Positions 1 through 8,949 of a DNA stretch of 64,000 nt are shown piece after piece. The notes under the pieces were generated by a model that was not told where the DNA came from, ran no database searches, and was given only the letters and a program-made list of their open reading frames with translations. The stretch lies in IMG/VR virus record IMGVR_UViG_2657245709_000001, positions 1 to 64,000 of that record; one strand, written 5' to 3'. The first letter of the stretch is position 1. Each line of letters opens with the position of its first letter. Origin of the DNA: a virus. Taxonomy: Duplodnaviria; Caudoviricetes. The position numbers and the translations under genes were made by a program.

Positions 1-1176
1 TCACTGGCCGCCGTGCAGCCCCCTCCAGGTCTCTGCCGCTTCGCGCATGTCCTCTACCTCGACATGGACGTACTTCCGCTTGGTGAAGTCCGCGTTCGCA
101 TGCCCGGCCCAGCGCGCGAGGATATGGTCCGGCACGCCGTTGTTGGCCAGGTAGCTGAGGCAGGAGTGCCGCGCGTCGTACAGCCGGACTCTGCGCAGCT
201 CGAACTCGCGCATCAGTCGGTACGCGTGCTCCCGCAGGTGCCTCGTATTCCTGGCGACACCGAACTCATTGACGACGACCCAGCCGCTGTCAACGTATGC
301 CTCCCCCGCTGCCAGCTTCTCCTGGGCCTGGCGCGCCTTGAACTTCTTCAGGGCTTCCAGGACAGGCAGCGGGAGCGGCAGGAGTCGCTCACCGGCCTCG
401 GTCTTGGCGTCCTTCTCGAGGACAATGACGTTCCCGATCATGGTGCGCGTGACAGCGATCTCGAGGGTCGCGTTCTTTAGGTCCAGGTACTCCCACCGGA
501 GGCCCACCACTTCGGCAGGCCGCAGCCCCATCAGGGAGAACAGCAAGGGAGCGTGGAGCCGGTCCCGCGGGATCTTCGCGACGAACTTCTGGACCTCCTG
601 AACCGACCAGGGCTTGACCCTGGGCCTCTCCCGCCTGTCCAGCTTCTTGTCCGCGAGGCTGACGCGAACGCCCTCCGCCGGGTTGGTGACGCGGAGCCGT
701 TGGACAACGGCAGCGGCCAAACACTCGCGGAACTTACCGAGGATGCCTTCGACAGTGGACACGGCAAGGCGGCTGCCTTTGCTTCCCCCCGCCCTCCTGC
801 CGGATGCAACGATCATGTCGATGCAGTCGCGGACTTGCTCCTGCGTGAGTTCCTGGAGCTTGATCGGGCCCAGAATGTCGACCATGTGGATGAGGGCATG
901 GCCGTAGGTACGGATGGTCGTCGTCTCGACGTCTCGTTCCTTCTGCTTCAGCCACTCCTCGATCCACTGCGCCACCGTGATCCTGGTGGGCAGCACCAGG
1001 GTGCCGGCCGCTTTCTGCGAGAGGATCCTGCCGTAGGCAACACGGGCTTCGTCCTCGTCTTTTTTCGTGACGGTTAGCTGACGCCGCTTGCCGTTCGGAT
1101 GCACTCCCACGTCGATCACGAACCTGTAGCGCACCTGCCCACTCGGCAGAGTGATCACCTTGATCGGGTCAGCCAC
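1..1176 (-). CDS. int: Tyrosine recombinase / phage integrase (391 aa)
   Basis: GTG at 1176 with GAGAGGA RBS (the longer ORF start at 1431 is unlikely). N-terminal arm-binding segment, then catalytic motifs GLRPAE (R), KTEAG (K), LYDARH (H/YxxR), AGH and RKYVH (Y). Confidence 0.95.
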   Translation of the reverse strand: MADPIKVITLPSGQVRYRFVIDVGVHPNGKRRQLTVTKKDEDEARVAYGRILSQKAAGTLVLPTRITVAQWIEEWLKQKERDVETTTIRTYGHALIHMVDILGPIKLQELTQEQVRDCIDMIVASGRRAGGSKGSRLAVSTVEGILGKFRECLAAAVVQRLRVTNPAEGVRVSLADKKLDRRERPRVKPWSVQEVQKFVAKIPRDRLHAPLLFSLMGLRPAEVVGLRWEYLDLKNATLEIAVTRTMIGNVIVLEKDAKTEAGERLLPLPLPVLEALKKFKARQAQEKLAAGEAYVDSGWVVVNEFGVARNTRHLREHAYRLMREFELRRVRLYDARHSCLSYLANNGVPDHILARWAGHANADFTKRKYVHVEVEDMREAAETWRGLHGGQ

Positions 1177-1515
1177 GGCGCATCCTCTCGAGCCAGAGCC
1201 GCACGAGGTCAGGCGTGATGGCGACGAGGCGGGCGGCCCCCAGATCTCGGCCGGGCAGTTCACCCCAGGAAAGCGCAGGGACATAGGGGTCCCTATAGAA
1301 GTGGCGGACGCGCCGCCGCGAAGAACGGGCCATGGGTTCCCTTTCGGGCACGGCCTGCGGGCCGCATCGGCTTTCACAGGCCTGGGGACTGATGCGGTCC
1401 ACACTGCGGGCCGCGGGCGAGTTGCACGCATGCGAGTTAGTTGCGTGCGCTAGATAGTGTGCCGTACTGTCCACGGACGTTCAGTTAGGTTGCGAAACTT
1501 CACCGGGAGGCACCC

Positions 1516-1722
1516 ATGACCACCGCAGCCCTGGAGGAGGTCCGGTCGTGGCCTGGCACCGTGAGCATCCAGAAGGCGGCGTCCGCGCTCGGCATCTCGA
1601 GGAACCAGCTCTCCCGGCTGATCAGGTCCGGCCAGTCGCCCGTCAGGACCATCGAGATGGGTTCCCACTGTCGCATCGTGACAGCCTCGCTGGCCCGAGT
1701 GCTGGACGGCGGCGAGGCCTGA
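1516..1722 (+). CDS. Excisionase-like helix-turn-helix protein (68 aa)
   Basis: GGGAGG RBS. TVSIQKAASALGISRNQLSRLIRSG is an HTH_17/Xis-type motif. Divergent from the integrase. Confidence 0.8.
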   Translation: MTTAALEEVRSWPGTVSIQKAASALGISRNQLSRLIRSGQSPVRTIEMGSHCRIVTASLARVLDGGEA

Positions 1723-1728
1723 AAACTA

Positions 1729-1759
1729 GTCCGGGCCCGGCGGCAGGCCGGGCCCGGAC
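1729..1759 (+). terminator. Hairpin after the Xis-like gene
   Basis: Perfect 13-bp stem GTCCGGGCCCGGC / GCCGGGCCCGGAC with a 5-nt loop, 6 nt after the stop codon. Confidence 0.6.
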
Positions 1760-1954
1760 GGACCCCCTCGATCCCGACTTTGCGGAGTATGGACGAGGGG
1801 GCACCTGCCGCCTGGGACACGAAGGTCCAGGGCGCCAAGTTTTGGGCCATTCAAGGGACTTGGCCTGAATGCATCATTCAAGCACTTTGCGCATCTGCTG
1901 AAAAGTGCCTGGCTGGGCACAGACACAAGATCCTTTGCCCGCCACGGTGGGTGC

Positions 1955-2239
1955 GTGCCACAGGAGGAGCCCGACTGGTCGGTCCTGCGCCGCCGCGCGA
2001 TCGGCGAGCGCATCCGCACCGTGCGCAGGCACCGCAAAATGACGCAGGAGCAGGTGGCCCACGCCATCGGCGCCGACCGCCGCAGTGTGGTCCGGTGGGA
2101 GCGTGGCCAGCGGGACCCGGCCCTGTCCATGCTCGTGCAGATCGCGGACGTCCTGGACGTGCCTCTCGCGCTCCTGGTCGACGACACCCTGGAGATCGAC
2201 CTCACCGTCGCCACCCGGGACAGCCGCCCCGCCTCCTAA
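1955..2239 (+). CDS. XRE-family HTH transcriptional regulator (94 aa)
   Basis: IGERIRTVRRHRKMTQEQVAHAIGADRRSVVRWERGQRDP is a typical HTH_3 domain. Confidence 0.88.
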   Translation: MPQEEPDWSVLRRRAIGERIRTVRRHRKMTQEQVAHAIGADRRSVVRWERGQRDPALSMLVQIADVLDVPLALLVDDTLEIDLTVATRDSRPAS

Positions 2240-2381
2240 CGATCCCGAGGCCGCCCGGCCGTCGCCGCCGCCCGCCCCGCGCGCTGGAGCCGATCCCCGA
2301 CGCTGCACCCCCAGCCCGTGCGGCAGTCGGGGCAGTTGCGGCGGTGCCCCTGCCACGCGGACTGCAGAGCCGAGCGGTCGG

Positions 2382-2873
2382 TCAGGGCCATCGGACCGAC
2401 GGCTCGGCCGCTTCGCGGGCCCGCACCGCGCACGCTCCTGTGATGAGCATCTGCTCGATGGCGCTGCTGTCGCAGAGGTCGTCCTCGTACCGGGGCGGGG
2501 TCGCCCAGTGCGTGCTGGGTGGCTCCGTGCGGTGCGGCGCCGGGACAGGCAGGTAGACGTCGCGATCGAGGTACTTGGCCAGGTGGTCGAGGTGCCAGTC
2601 GAGGCCGGAGGGGACGAGGGCGTAGTAGGAGGGCCCGGCTGGTTTCCTGTGGTCGCAGATGATCGCGCCGTTGAGACGGCTCATCGCGGACTTCGCTTCG
2701 GCCGGCGTGCTGATCTGCAGTCCGGCACTGACGAGCTGCCAGGGCATCCGCACGGCGGAGAAGTTCGAGCCGAGGGCGACGAGTGTCACGCCCTCTCTTC
2801 TCAGCTCGTGCTCGCCATGAGCGGGCTTGAAAGCTGACCTGGCGAGCCAGGCGATCACTCTCTCGGGGTCCAT
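2382..2873 (-). CDS. Hypothetical protein of a type common in Streptomyces mobile elements
   Basis: ATG with AAGGAG RBS, 163 aa, normal composition (FSAVRMP...YYALVP...YLPVPAP). Confidence 0.7.
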   Translation of the reverse strand: MDPERVIAWLARSAFKPAHGEHELRREGVTLVALGSNFSAVRMPWQLVSAGLQISTPAEAKSAMSRLNGAIICDHRKPAGPSYYALVPSGLDWHLDHLAKYLDRDVYLPVPAPHRTEPPSTHWATPPRYEDDLCDSSAIEQMLITGACAVRAREAAEPSVRWP

Positions 2874-2985
2874 GGGTTCTCCTTGAGTGCCGTACGTGCA
2901 GGTGGCGCCCCGGCGGGAACGGCCTCACCGCCGCCGGGGCGCCGCACCCGCCCGGCCCGGGAGCGATTCGGGGCCGGGCGGGGGG

Positions 2986-3342
2986 TCATCGGCTGGGCGC
3001 GGGACCCGGGGCGAAGAGCGTCTCCCAGTGCGTCGAGAGGGCGAGCGTCACGCGGGCCAGGCGGCGGGCGTGGGCGGCCTCTCTGCCCTCCTCCGGCTGC
3101 TGGCCGAGCTTGCGCCGGGCCTCGGCCAGACCGGCGAGCGCGCAGACCTGATCGGCTGTCGAAGGGCGGCTGCCCGTCAGCTCCTCGACGGCGGGTACCA
3201 GCTCGTGCAGGTGGCCGGTGAGGGCCTCGGTCAACGCGGCGATCTCGTCGCGCGAGGCGGCGAGCGCAGCCGGGTCGAGCACGATGGCGGCGGTCTCCCG
3301 CATGATCGCCAGGTCCGGGTGCACCTGCCGTGCGGCGGTCAC
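2986..3342 (-). CDS. DUF6415-like helical protein (118 aa)
   Basis: GTG start overlaps the upstream stop (GTGA). The pattern LTGHLHELVPAVE...ALAGLAEARRKL...ARRLAR resembles DUF6415 (recalled, not searched). Confidence 0.6.
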   Translation of the reverse strand: MTAARQVHPDLAIMRETAAIVLDPAALAASRDEIAALTEALTGHLHELVPAVEELTGSRPSTADQVCALAGLAEARRKLGQQPEEGREAAHARRLARVTLALSTHWETLFAPGPAPSR

Positions 3343-3800
3343 CGCGACCTCCTCGGCGGACACGCCCGGTGCGTGTAGAGGGTGGCGCCGCCCGTGCCGG
3401 ACGGGGCCTGGGTCAGGTGCCGTTCGAACTCCTCGCCGGGCCCGATCTGCCGCGCGCAGGAGGCGCAGTACCGCACCGGGGTGTAGACGAGGACCAGGCG
3501 GTGCAGCTCGGCACCGAGCGCGCAGTCGGTCCGGCCCTCGTCGCGGCACTTCGGGCACAGCGGCGCGTGCGCGACGAGGGCCCGGTGCGCCCGCTCGGCG
3601 ACGGCCCGGCGCGAGGCGCGAGGGAACCACGTGCCGACTGGGCCCACCTGCTCACCGAGGTCAACGGCGGTCTCGATCCGTAGCGGCTCGCCGCCCCACA
3701 CACAGGCGCGGCCGGCTGCCCTCGCCTCGTCCAGGCCAGCGAACTTCGGGAGAGCGAGTGCTTCCAACACCTCGCGGCTCACGTCTGTTTCGGCGGGCAT
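3339..3800 (-). CDS. Cys-rich hypothetical protein (153 aa), probable zinc binder
   Basis: ATG at 3800 with GGAGG RBS. Contains CVW, HAPLCPKC, CASC and HRAC motifs. Confidence 0.7.
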   Translation of the reverse strand: MPAETDVSREVLEALALPKFAGLDEARAAGRACVWGGEPLRIETAVDLGEQVGPVGTWFPRASRRAVAERAHRALVAHAPLCPKCRDEGRTDCALGAELHRLVLVYTPVRYCASCARQIGPGEEFERHLTQAPSGTGGATLYTHRACPPRRSR

Positions 3801-3900
3801 ACCTGCCTCCCCGGGTCCGGTGGTTTGTCTCACACCGGGACCGTAGGCAGCACCTGGCCAGGCCACCCGAACTGTCAGCTCGGGTGGCCTGGCAGCTCGC

Positions 3901-5103
3901 CTAGACCAAGCCGATCCGCTTCGCCAAGGCTTCGGCCTGCCGAGCCTGCATGGCCCGCGCCCTGCGAATCACGGTCAGGACCAGATGCCGCGCCAGAGGA
4001 GTGCGGGCCAGGTCTTCTGGCGCGACCGCCTCCAGCCCCAGCAGGGTGAGTAGGACTGAGGCGTCGTCTCGCCGCTGGCTGTGGCAGGCGGCCACCTCAA
4101 GCCCGAACGTGAACGCGCGCTCCAGCGAGGGCACACCGCTCGTGTCGATTGCGTCGGCCGTATGCAGCGCTTCCCCTGTCTCACCCGCCTCCATATCGAT
4201 CGACAGGGCGTGCAAGGCGATGTTCGTCGGGCCGAAGACCGTCCAGCCGATGTTGCTGGCATCCCCGACCCGGCGGGCGGCCGGCGCCGCTTTCTCCGTC
4301 AGCCGTTCCCGAGCCTCCCACCACTGGCGCCGCCGGGCCGCGCCGACCACAGCGACGAGCTGGAGCGCGCCACCCATCGCCGCCTTCTGAACCTCCGGCA
4401 GCCGCGCTGTGGCCACCTGCTCGGCAGCCCGTAGCGCCAGCTCCTCGGCTTCACCAGGCTGACCGGCTGCCAGGAGCACGTGCCCGAGGTTCCACTGGGC
4501 GGCGGCAATCCGCAGCGGGTCGTCCGCGTCCTCGGCCGCGCGCATCGCCCGGTCTGCGGCGAGCGTGGCGAGGTCTACGCGGCCGGTGCGCCGGAGATAG
4601 GAACGGAGAAGGCAGTACAGGTCAGCCGCTGCGCGAAGGACAGCCCGGCGCTCGTCCGCGTCCGTCCCAGCACGCGCTGCGCGCACGGCGTGTTCGACGT
4701 CGGCCACCAGGCTGGGCAACGTGCTGGCGGCCTGAGTGAAGCGGTCAGCCGCTGTCTGCCAGCTATGCCACGCCGCTTCCACATGCTCCCTCAGCTCTGC
4801 TGCTGCCACCGGCGCAGCACTGCGCGCGGGCCCGTACCCGAGCAGGGCCCGGCCCACTGAGGTTTCTGCGGTGTCGTCTGCGGACTCGTCCGCGGGCGCC
4901 TGCTCGGAGAGCAGGGCAGCAGCGGGCACGCCCAGCTCCTGGGCGAGGAGGTAGAGGATCGGCAACGACGGGATCTTGAGGCCGCGCTCGATCTGGGACA
5001 GGTAGTCCGGTGAGATCCCGACCAGCCCGGCGACCGCGTCCTGGCGCCGGCCGCCGCGGTAGTGCCTGATCCGGTCCCCGATGGGAAGGTCTGTTGCAAC
5101 CAT
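3901..5103 (-). CDS. XRE HTH regulator with C-terminal TPR-like helical domain (400 aa)
   Basis: AAGGAG RBS. N-terminal HTH (QDAVAGLVGISPDYLSQIERG) followed by Ala/Leu-rich helical repeats (AAAQWNLGHVLL). Confidence 0.88.
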   Translation of the reverse strand: MVATDLPIGDRIRHYRGGRRQDAVAGLVGISPDYLSQIERGLKIPSLPILYLLAQELGVPAAALLSEQAPADESADDTAETSVGRALLGYGPARSAAPVAAAELREHVEAAWHSWQTAADRFTQAASTLPSLVADVEHAVRAARAGTDADERRAVLRAAADLYCLLRSYLRRTGRVDLATLAADRAMRAAEDADDPLRIAAAQWNLGHVLLAAGQPGEAEELALRAAEQVATARLPEVQKAAMGGALQLVAVVGAARRRQWWEARERLTEKAAPAARRVGDASNIGWTVFGPTNIALHALSIDMEAGETGEALHTADAIDTSGVPSLERAFTFGLEVAACHSQRRDDASVLLTLLGLEAVAPEDLARTPLARHLVLTVIRRARAMQARQAEALAKRIGLV

Positions 5104-5183
5104 GTGCGCCCTCTCCTTGCTCGCTGGTCTGAGCGTAGGGTGCGCCTGTCGCGGAGGCGTGAGTTCGGGGAGAGGAGCATTCG

Positions 5184-5843
5184 GTGCCGGAGCTGGTGCT
5201 GTGGGACATCGATCACACGCTCATGGTCACGGGCGGGCTCGGGCGTGAGCTGTGGGCGCAGGCGTTTGCCGAGGTGACCGGTGTGGAGATGCGTGAGCAG
5301 GCGGCCGTCACGGGATCAACGGAACGCGTGATCCTCCGAGAAACCGCCAGACTGCACGATGTCCCCTATACGGATGGCCTCTTCGAGGACTTCGCCCAGG
5401 TCCTTGGACTGGTACACATTCGCCGGGCAGCCGAGCTACGTGAGCGAGGGCACGCCCTTCCCGGGGCCGCCGTAGTTCTCGCGGCGCTCACCGAGCAGGG
5501 CGTGCCTCAGTCCGTCGTGACCGGCAACGTTCGTGCGGCTGCCGAGGTGAAGCTGAGCGTGTTCGGGCTGGACAGCTACCTGCGCCTCGAGAACGGCGCG
5601 TACGCAGAGGACGGTGAGGACCGCGCTGATTTGCTGCGCACGGCTCTCGGGCGTGCGGGCACCAGCCCGGGAGAGGCCGTGTTCCTCGGCGACACCCCCG
5701 CTGACGTTGCGGGCGCCCGGACCGCGGGCATCCGGGTCGTCGCCGTCGCCACGGGACGTACTTCTGCTGACGACCTGGCGGCCGACGTGGTGCTCGACAA
5801 CCTCTCGGACACCGATAGGGCACTTGCCGCCATCTGGGCATGA
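5184..5843 (+). CDS. HAD-family hydrolase/phosphatase (219 aa)
   Basis: GAGGAG RBS. Motif I LWDIDHTL, motif II VVTGN, motif IV GDTPAD. Confidence 0.92.
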   Translation: MPELVLWDIDHTLMVTGGLGRELWAQAFAEVTGVEMREQAAVTGSTERVILRETARLHDVPYTDGLFEDFAQVLGLVHIRRAAELRERGHALPGAAVVLAALTEQGVPQSVVTGNVRAAAEVKLSVFGLDSYLRLENGAYAEDGEDRADLLRTALGRAGTSPGEAVFLGDTPADVAGARTAGIRVVAVATGRTSADDLAADVVLDNLSDTDRALAAIWA

Positions 5844-5849
5844 CGAAGA

Positions 5850-5879
5850 GCCCCCTCCCGCCCGTAGGCGGAAGGGGGC
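5850..5879. terminator. Hairpin between the convergent HAD and lysis genes
   Basis: GCCCCCT-C-CCGCC / GGCGG-A-AGGGGGC stem with a 4-nt loop. Confidence 0.6.
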
Positions 5880-5890
5880 AGAGGAACGGT

Positions 5891-6268
5891 TCAGCGGGAG
5901 TCGCGGGCAGCGACCAGCTCGGGGTCCATCGGTATCAGCGGCAGGCCCGCCGCCCGGAGCTGCTCGTCCTGCGCGCTGATGTGGTCCAGCGCCAGACCGA
6001 GCAGCCGGTCCGTCCGGTCCGCGCGCGACCGCGATTCGCGTTCCGCGTCCTCGAGGACGCGCATCCTCGTGTGAAGGGCGGACATCTGGTCCTGGAACCA
6101 CCTGTACATCTCCGGGCTCACGCTCCAGGTCCCGGCAGGCTGCCCCGGCGCCGCGGGCAGTTCCTCGTCATCGTCGTCCGCGCGGTTGCGGGCGACGAGG
6201 GCAACGAGGATGGACGCGGTGGCCGGGACGAGGATGGCGAAGGCGGAGAGCCACGGGTTAGTGTCCAC
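5891..6268 (-). CDS. Lysis-cassette membrane protein with coiled coil (125 aa)
   Basis: One N-terminal TM helix and a C-terminal coiled coil. Last gene of the lysis block. Confidence 0.7.
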   Translation of the reverse strand: MDTNPWLSAFAILVPATASILVALVARNRADDDDEELPAAPGQPAGTWSVSPEMYRWFQDQMSALHTRMRVLEDAERESRSRADRTDRLLGLALDHISAQDEQLRAAGLPLIPMDPELVAARDSR

Positions 6269-6683
6269 GGCTCACCGTCCGGGTCGCGCGCATCAGGATC
6301 AGGACCAGGCCGGCCCGGGACAACCACATGCCGACGCTGCCCCAGGCGTTCGACGAGGCTCCGGCGATGGTGGCGATCAGGTAGGCGGTCGCCCACATCA
6401 GCGGGGGCGCGATCGAGGCGACGATTCCCGGGACGTCCCAGACCGGCCGCAGCAGGCCGTAGGCGACCGCGATCAGGCCGCACCCGATCCACACCCACCC
6501 CCAGCCCTCCATGCACATCCGCTGGAGCAGGATCTGGATGCCTCGGACGGTTCCGTAGCGGGGGTCGATCGCGATGCTGGCGCCGTAGTAGATCGACGAG
6601 GCTCCGGCGACGATGAATCCGAGGCCGCGCAGGTGGATGTGCTGCTGAAGCTTCGAGGCGCCCTCGGCGAGCCTGCCGGTCAC
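6258..6683 (-). CDS. Multi-TM membrane protein, holin-like (141 aa)
   Basis: GTG start coupled to the upstream stop (GTGA at 6680-6683). About 4 hydrophobic helices. Confidence 0.7.
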   Translation of the reverse strand: MTGRLAEGASKLQQHIHLRGLGFIVAGASSIYYGASIAIDPRYGTVRGIQILLQRMCMEGWGWVWIGCGLIAVAYGLLRPVWDVPGIVASIAPPLMWATAYLIATIAGASSNAWGSVGMWLSRAGLVLILMRATRTVSRGH

Positions 6684-7000
6684 GGGGTGCCGGGGGCGGC
6701 CGGCGTGCCGGTCTGGGTGGAGGTGGCGGCTTCGATGCGGGGCGCGATCCCCGAGGGGCGCCACAGGGTGTGGTAGGCGAGGCCGATCGCGACGGCGGCC
6801 GTGAGGATCCCGGTCGTGATGGGCTTCCCGGCGAAGTCGTCGTTGAAGTAGGCGGTGCCAGCGCCGTCGGCGACGGCGACGAGGAGCATGAAGATGCCCT
6901 TGACGGGGCCCGACCAGCGCGGCTGGACAACGATGGCGATGACGGGCGGCAGAGCGTAGCCGAGGGCCGCGGCCCAGAGCTCGGCGTTGGTGAGGTGCAT
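6680..7000 (-). CDS. Holin (106 aa)
   Basis: Three TM segments with PPVIAIVVQPRWS, directly downstream of the endolysin. Confidence 0.75.
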   Translation of the reverse strand: MHLTNAELWAAALGYALPPVIAIVVQPRWSGPVKGIFMLLVAVADGAGTAYFNDDFAGKPITTGILTAAVAIGLAYHTLWRPSGIAPRIEAATSTQTGTPAAPGTP

Positions 7001-7073
7001 CGAGATCCCTCTCCTGGTGCTCGGCGCCGGACGGGTGTCCGGCGCCTTCGGGACTGTCAGCGGGCGCGGGCGG

Positions 7074-8156
7074 TCAACTTGTCTTCCACAGCAGCGCGGT
7101 GAGCACGGCGGACTTCACCGTGACCGGGTCCGCGCCGTTGTTGAGCAGCCGGATCCGCATGGTTCGGCCGGCCGCCAGGTGCTTCGTGAGCGGGGTGACG
7201 TGGAAGGAGTCACCCTTGGTCCCGATGGCCTCGTCGATCGGGTGGTCCTTGGCCAGGGTCCCGCCCGTCGTGTACTCCGACATCCTGACCTGCACGGTCT
7301 CGCCTACGGGCAGGTCGCCGATGCGGAGGCTGACGCTGCCGGTGAACCGGCAGGCGCCGCGGGCGAACACGCTGCTGGCGGCGGGGTGCTGGTCCGCGGT
7401 GTCGGTCCACTCGGTGGTGAAGGCGATCTCCGTCCACCGTCCGGGCGCCAGGCTCAGGGGCTTGGCAAGGCCGAGGTTCACTTCGTCCGGCACGGGGTCC
7501 TCCTCGATGGTCGTGGTCTGCCCCGCCGCCCAGGCGCGCAGCTCTGACTCGGGCAGATAGGCGATGGAGCGGTCGAGCGGGCTGCTGGTGAACTGCCAGA
7601 TGAGGGGGCGCCAGCCGGACACAGTGGGCTGCGGGGCCGCCTCGGCGCGCGCGTAGTCGGCGGTCTTCCAGGGGTAGGCCGGGTACCAGAGCGGCAGGCC
7701 GTCGGGGACGTGTCCGGCAGCCAGGTCGCTGCCGGAGGTGTAGATCCCGACGCGCTGCGCGGGGAACGCGGACTGCACGGTGGCGATCCACTGCCGTACC
7801 CAGGCGAGGATCTGCCCGTTGCTGCGCCCGCGGTAGTTGCGGCTGTCGGGGTACGCCTCGAGGTCGAGCCAGTGCGTGAAGTCGTGCTGGAGACTGGCGA
7901 CCGGCGCGACGGCGCCGATGTAGTTCGCGGCTTCGACGAGCGGGTCCTGGTTGGGCCAGGCGAAGTGGTAGCCGCCGACCAGGATGCCTGCGGCGAGCGC
8001 GCCCTGGACGTGGCGGCTGAAGGCCGCGTCGTGGGCGCGCTGCCCCTCGGTGGCCTTGACGAGGGCGAAGGCCACCCCGGCTCGTCGGTGGGCGGTCCAG
8101 TCCTGGTTGCCCTGGTGGGCGGAAACGTCAAGACCGCGACAGGTCGAGGTGCTCAT
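7074..8156 (-). CDS. Endolysin, GH25 muramidase with a C-terminal beta-rich domain (360 aa)
   Basis: ATG at 8156 coupled by TGATG. GH25 motifs GLDVSAHQ, KATEG, GGYHF, LDLE and IWQF. Confidence 0.92.
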   Translation of the reverse strand: MSTSTCRGLDVSAHQGNQDWTAHRRAGVAFALVKATEGQRAHDAAFSRHVQGALAAGILVGGYHFAWPNQDPLVEAANYIGAVAPVASLQHDFTHWLDLEAYPDSRNYRGRSNGQILAWVRQWIATVQSAFPAQRVGIYTSGSDLAAGHVPDGLPLWYPAYPWKTADYARAEAAPQPTVSGWRPLIWQFTSSPLDRSIAYLPESELRAWAAGQTTTIEEDPVPDEVNLGLAKPLSLAPGRWTEIAFTTEWTDTADQHPAASSVFARGACRFTGSVSLRIGDLPVGETVQVRMSEYTTGGTLAKDHPIDEAIGTKGDSFHVTPLTKHLAAGRTMRIRLLNNGADPVTVKSAVLTALLWKTS

Positions 8157-8350
8157 CAGGAGCCTCCGCCGACGTCGTTGTGGTCCTGGTCCTTGAGGAG
8201 GGCGTTCGCCGCCGCGTGCCAGGCCGTCTGGATCCGCGCGGGCAGCGCCTCCCAGTCGGGCAGTGCGTCGCCGTTGAACGCTCGGCCGCCGACGGACTCC
8301 ACGTACGCCTCGTACGCAGTCTGGGCGGGCTGGTGGGGTTCGGGTGCCAT
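8156..8350 (-). CDS. Small phage protein (64 aa)
   Basis: ATG at 8350 with GGAGG RBS. AYEAY...LPDWEALP...AW pattern; coupled to the endolysin start. Confidence 0.7.
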   Translation of the reverse strand: MAPEPHQPAQTAYEAYVESVGGRAFNGDALPDWEALPARIQTAWHAAANALLKDQDHNDVGGGS

Positions 8351-8749
8351 GAGTGCCTCCTGATGGCCGGAGAAGGCCCCGCCGGCGCGGCTGGGACCAG
8401 GTTGTCGGTGAGCGGGGGTCAGGGCCGCTGTAGGGCGGCAGCCCCTCAGCCCTGGCGGGCTTCCGGGCCCCGCCGGGGCAGCGCACCAGCGTCGGCGGCG
8501 AACGGTCTGCCCGGGGTTCAACGACAGGAGTGGTGCGACCGGATAGGGCTGCGCTGGCACACGCGCACCTGGTCGGTCTGCTGTGCGCTTCGTCGTGGCG
8601 GGCGTTCTGTGGCCGAGGTCGTCGACGCCGAGGTGTGTGAGCACGAGAAGGGGGGAGGGAGGAGTGGTGCGGCCGGTGGGTGCCCACGGACCCGTGCGGT
8701 GGCGGTCACCCCGAGGGGTGGTTGATCAGCCAGGTACTAGTGCGCGCGC

Positions 8750-8930
8750 GGTGGTGACCCCGGCGGGAACGGTTTCCGGTCTCAGGTGGTGACCCCGGCG
8801 GGAACGGTTTCCGGAACCCGGTACGCACCGGGTTCCGGGTCCAGGGCGCCAGGCGCTCGGAACCCGGTGCGCACCGGGTTCCGGGTCCAGGGCGCCAGGC
8901 GCTCGGAACCCGGTGCGCACCGGGTTCCGG
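8750..8930. repeat. Composite repeat locus: two 30-bp direct repeats, then three 26-bp palindromes at 46-bp period
   Basis: GGTGGTGACCCCGGCGGGAACGGTTTCCGG at 8750 and 8785. CGGAACCCGGTGCGCACCGGGTTCCG at 8812 (1 mismatch), 8858 and 8904, separated by an identical 20-bp linker. Confidence 0.95.
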
Positions 8931-8949
8931 GCTCGGCTGCTTCTGATCA

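Noticed and set aside
1177-1431. 85-aa N-terminal extension of the integrase
   Set aside because: Low-complexity translation. A good RBS precedes GTG 1176, where the recognisable domain begins.
8750-8930. CRISPR array
   Set aside because: The sequences between the palindromes are identical, there are only three units, and no cas genes are present.
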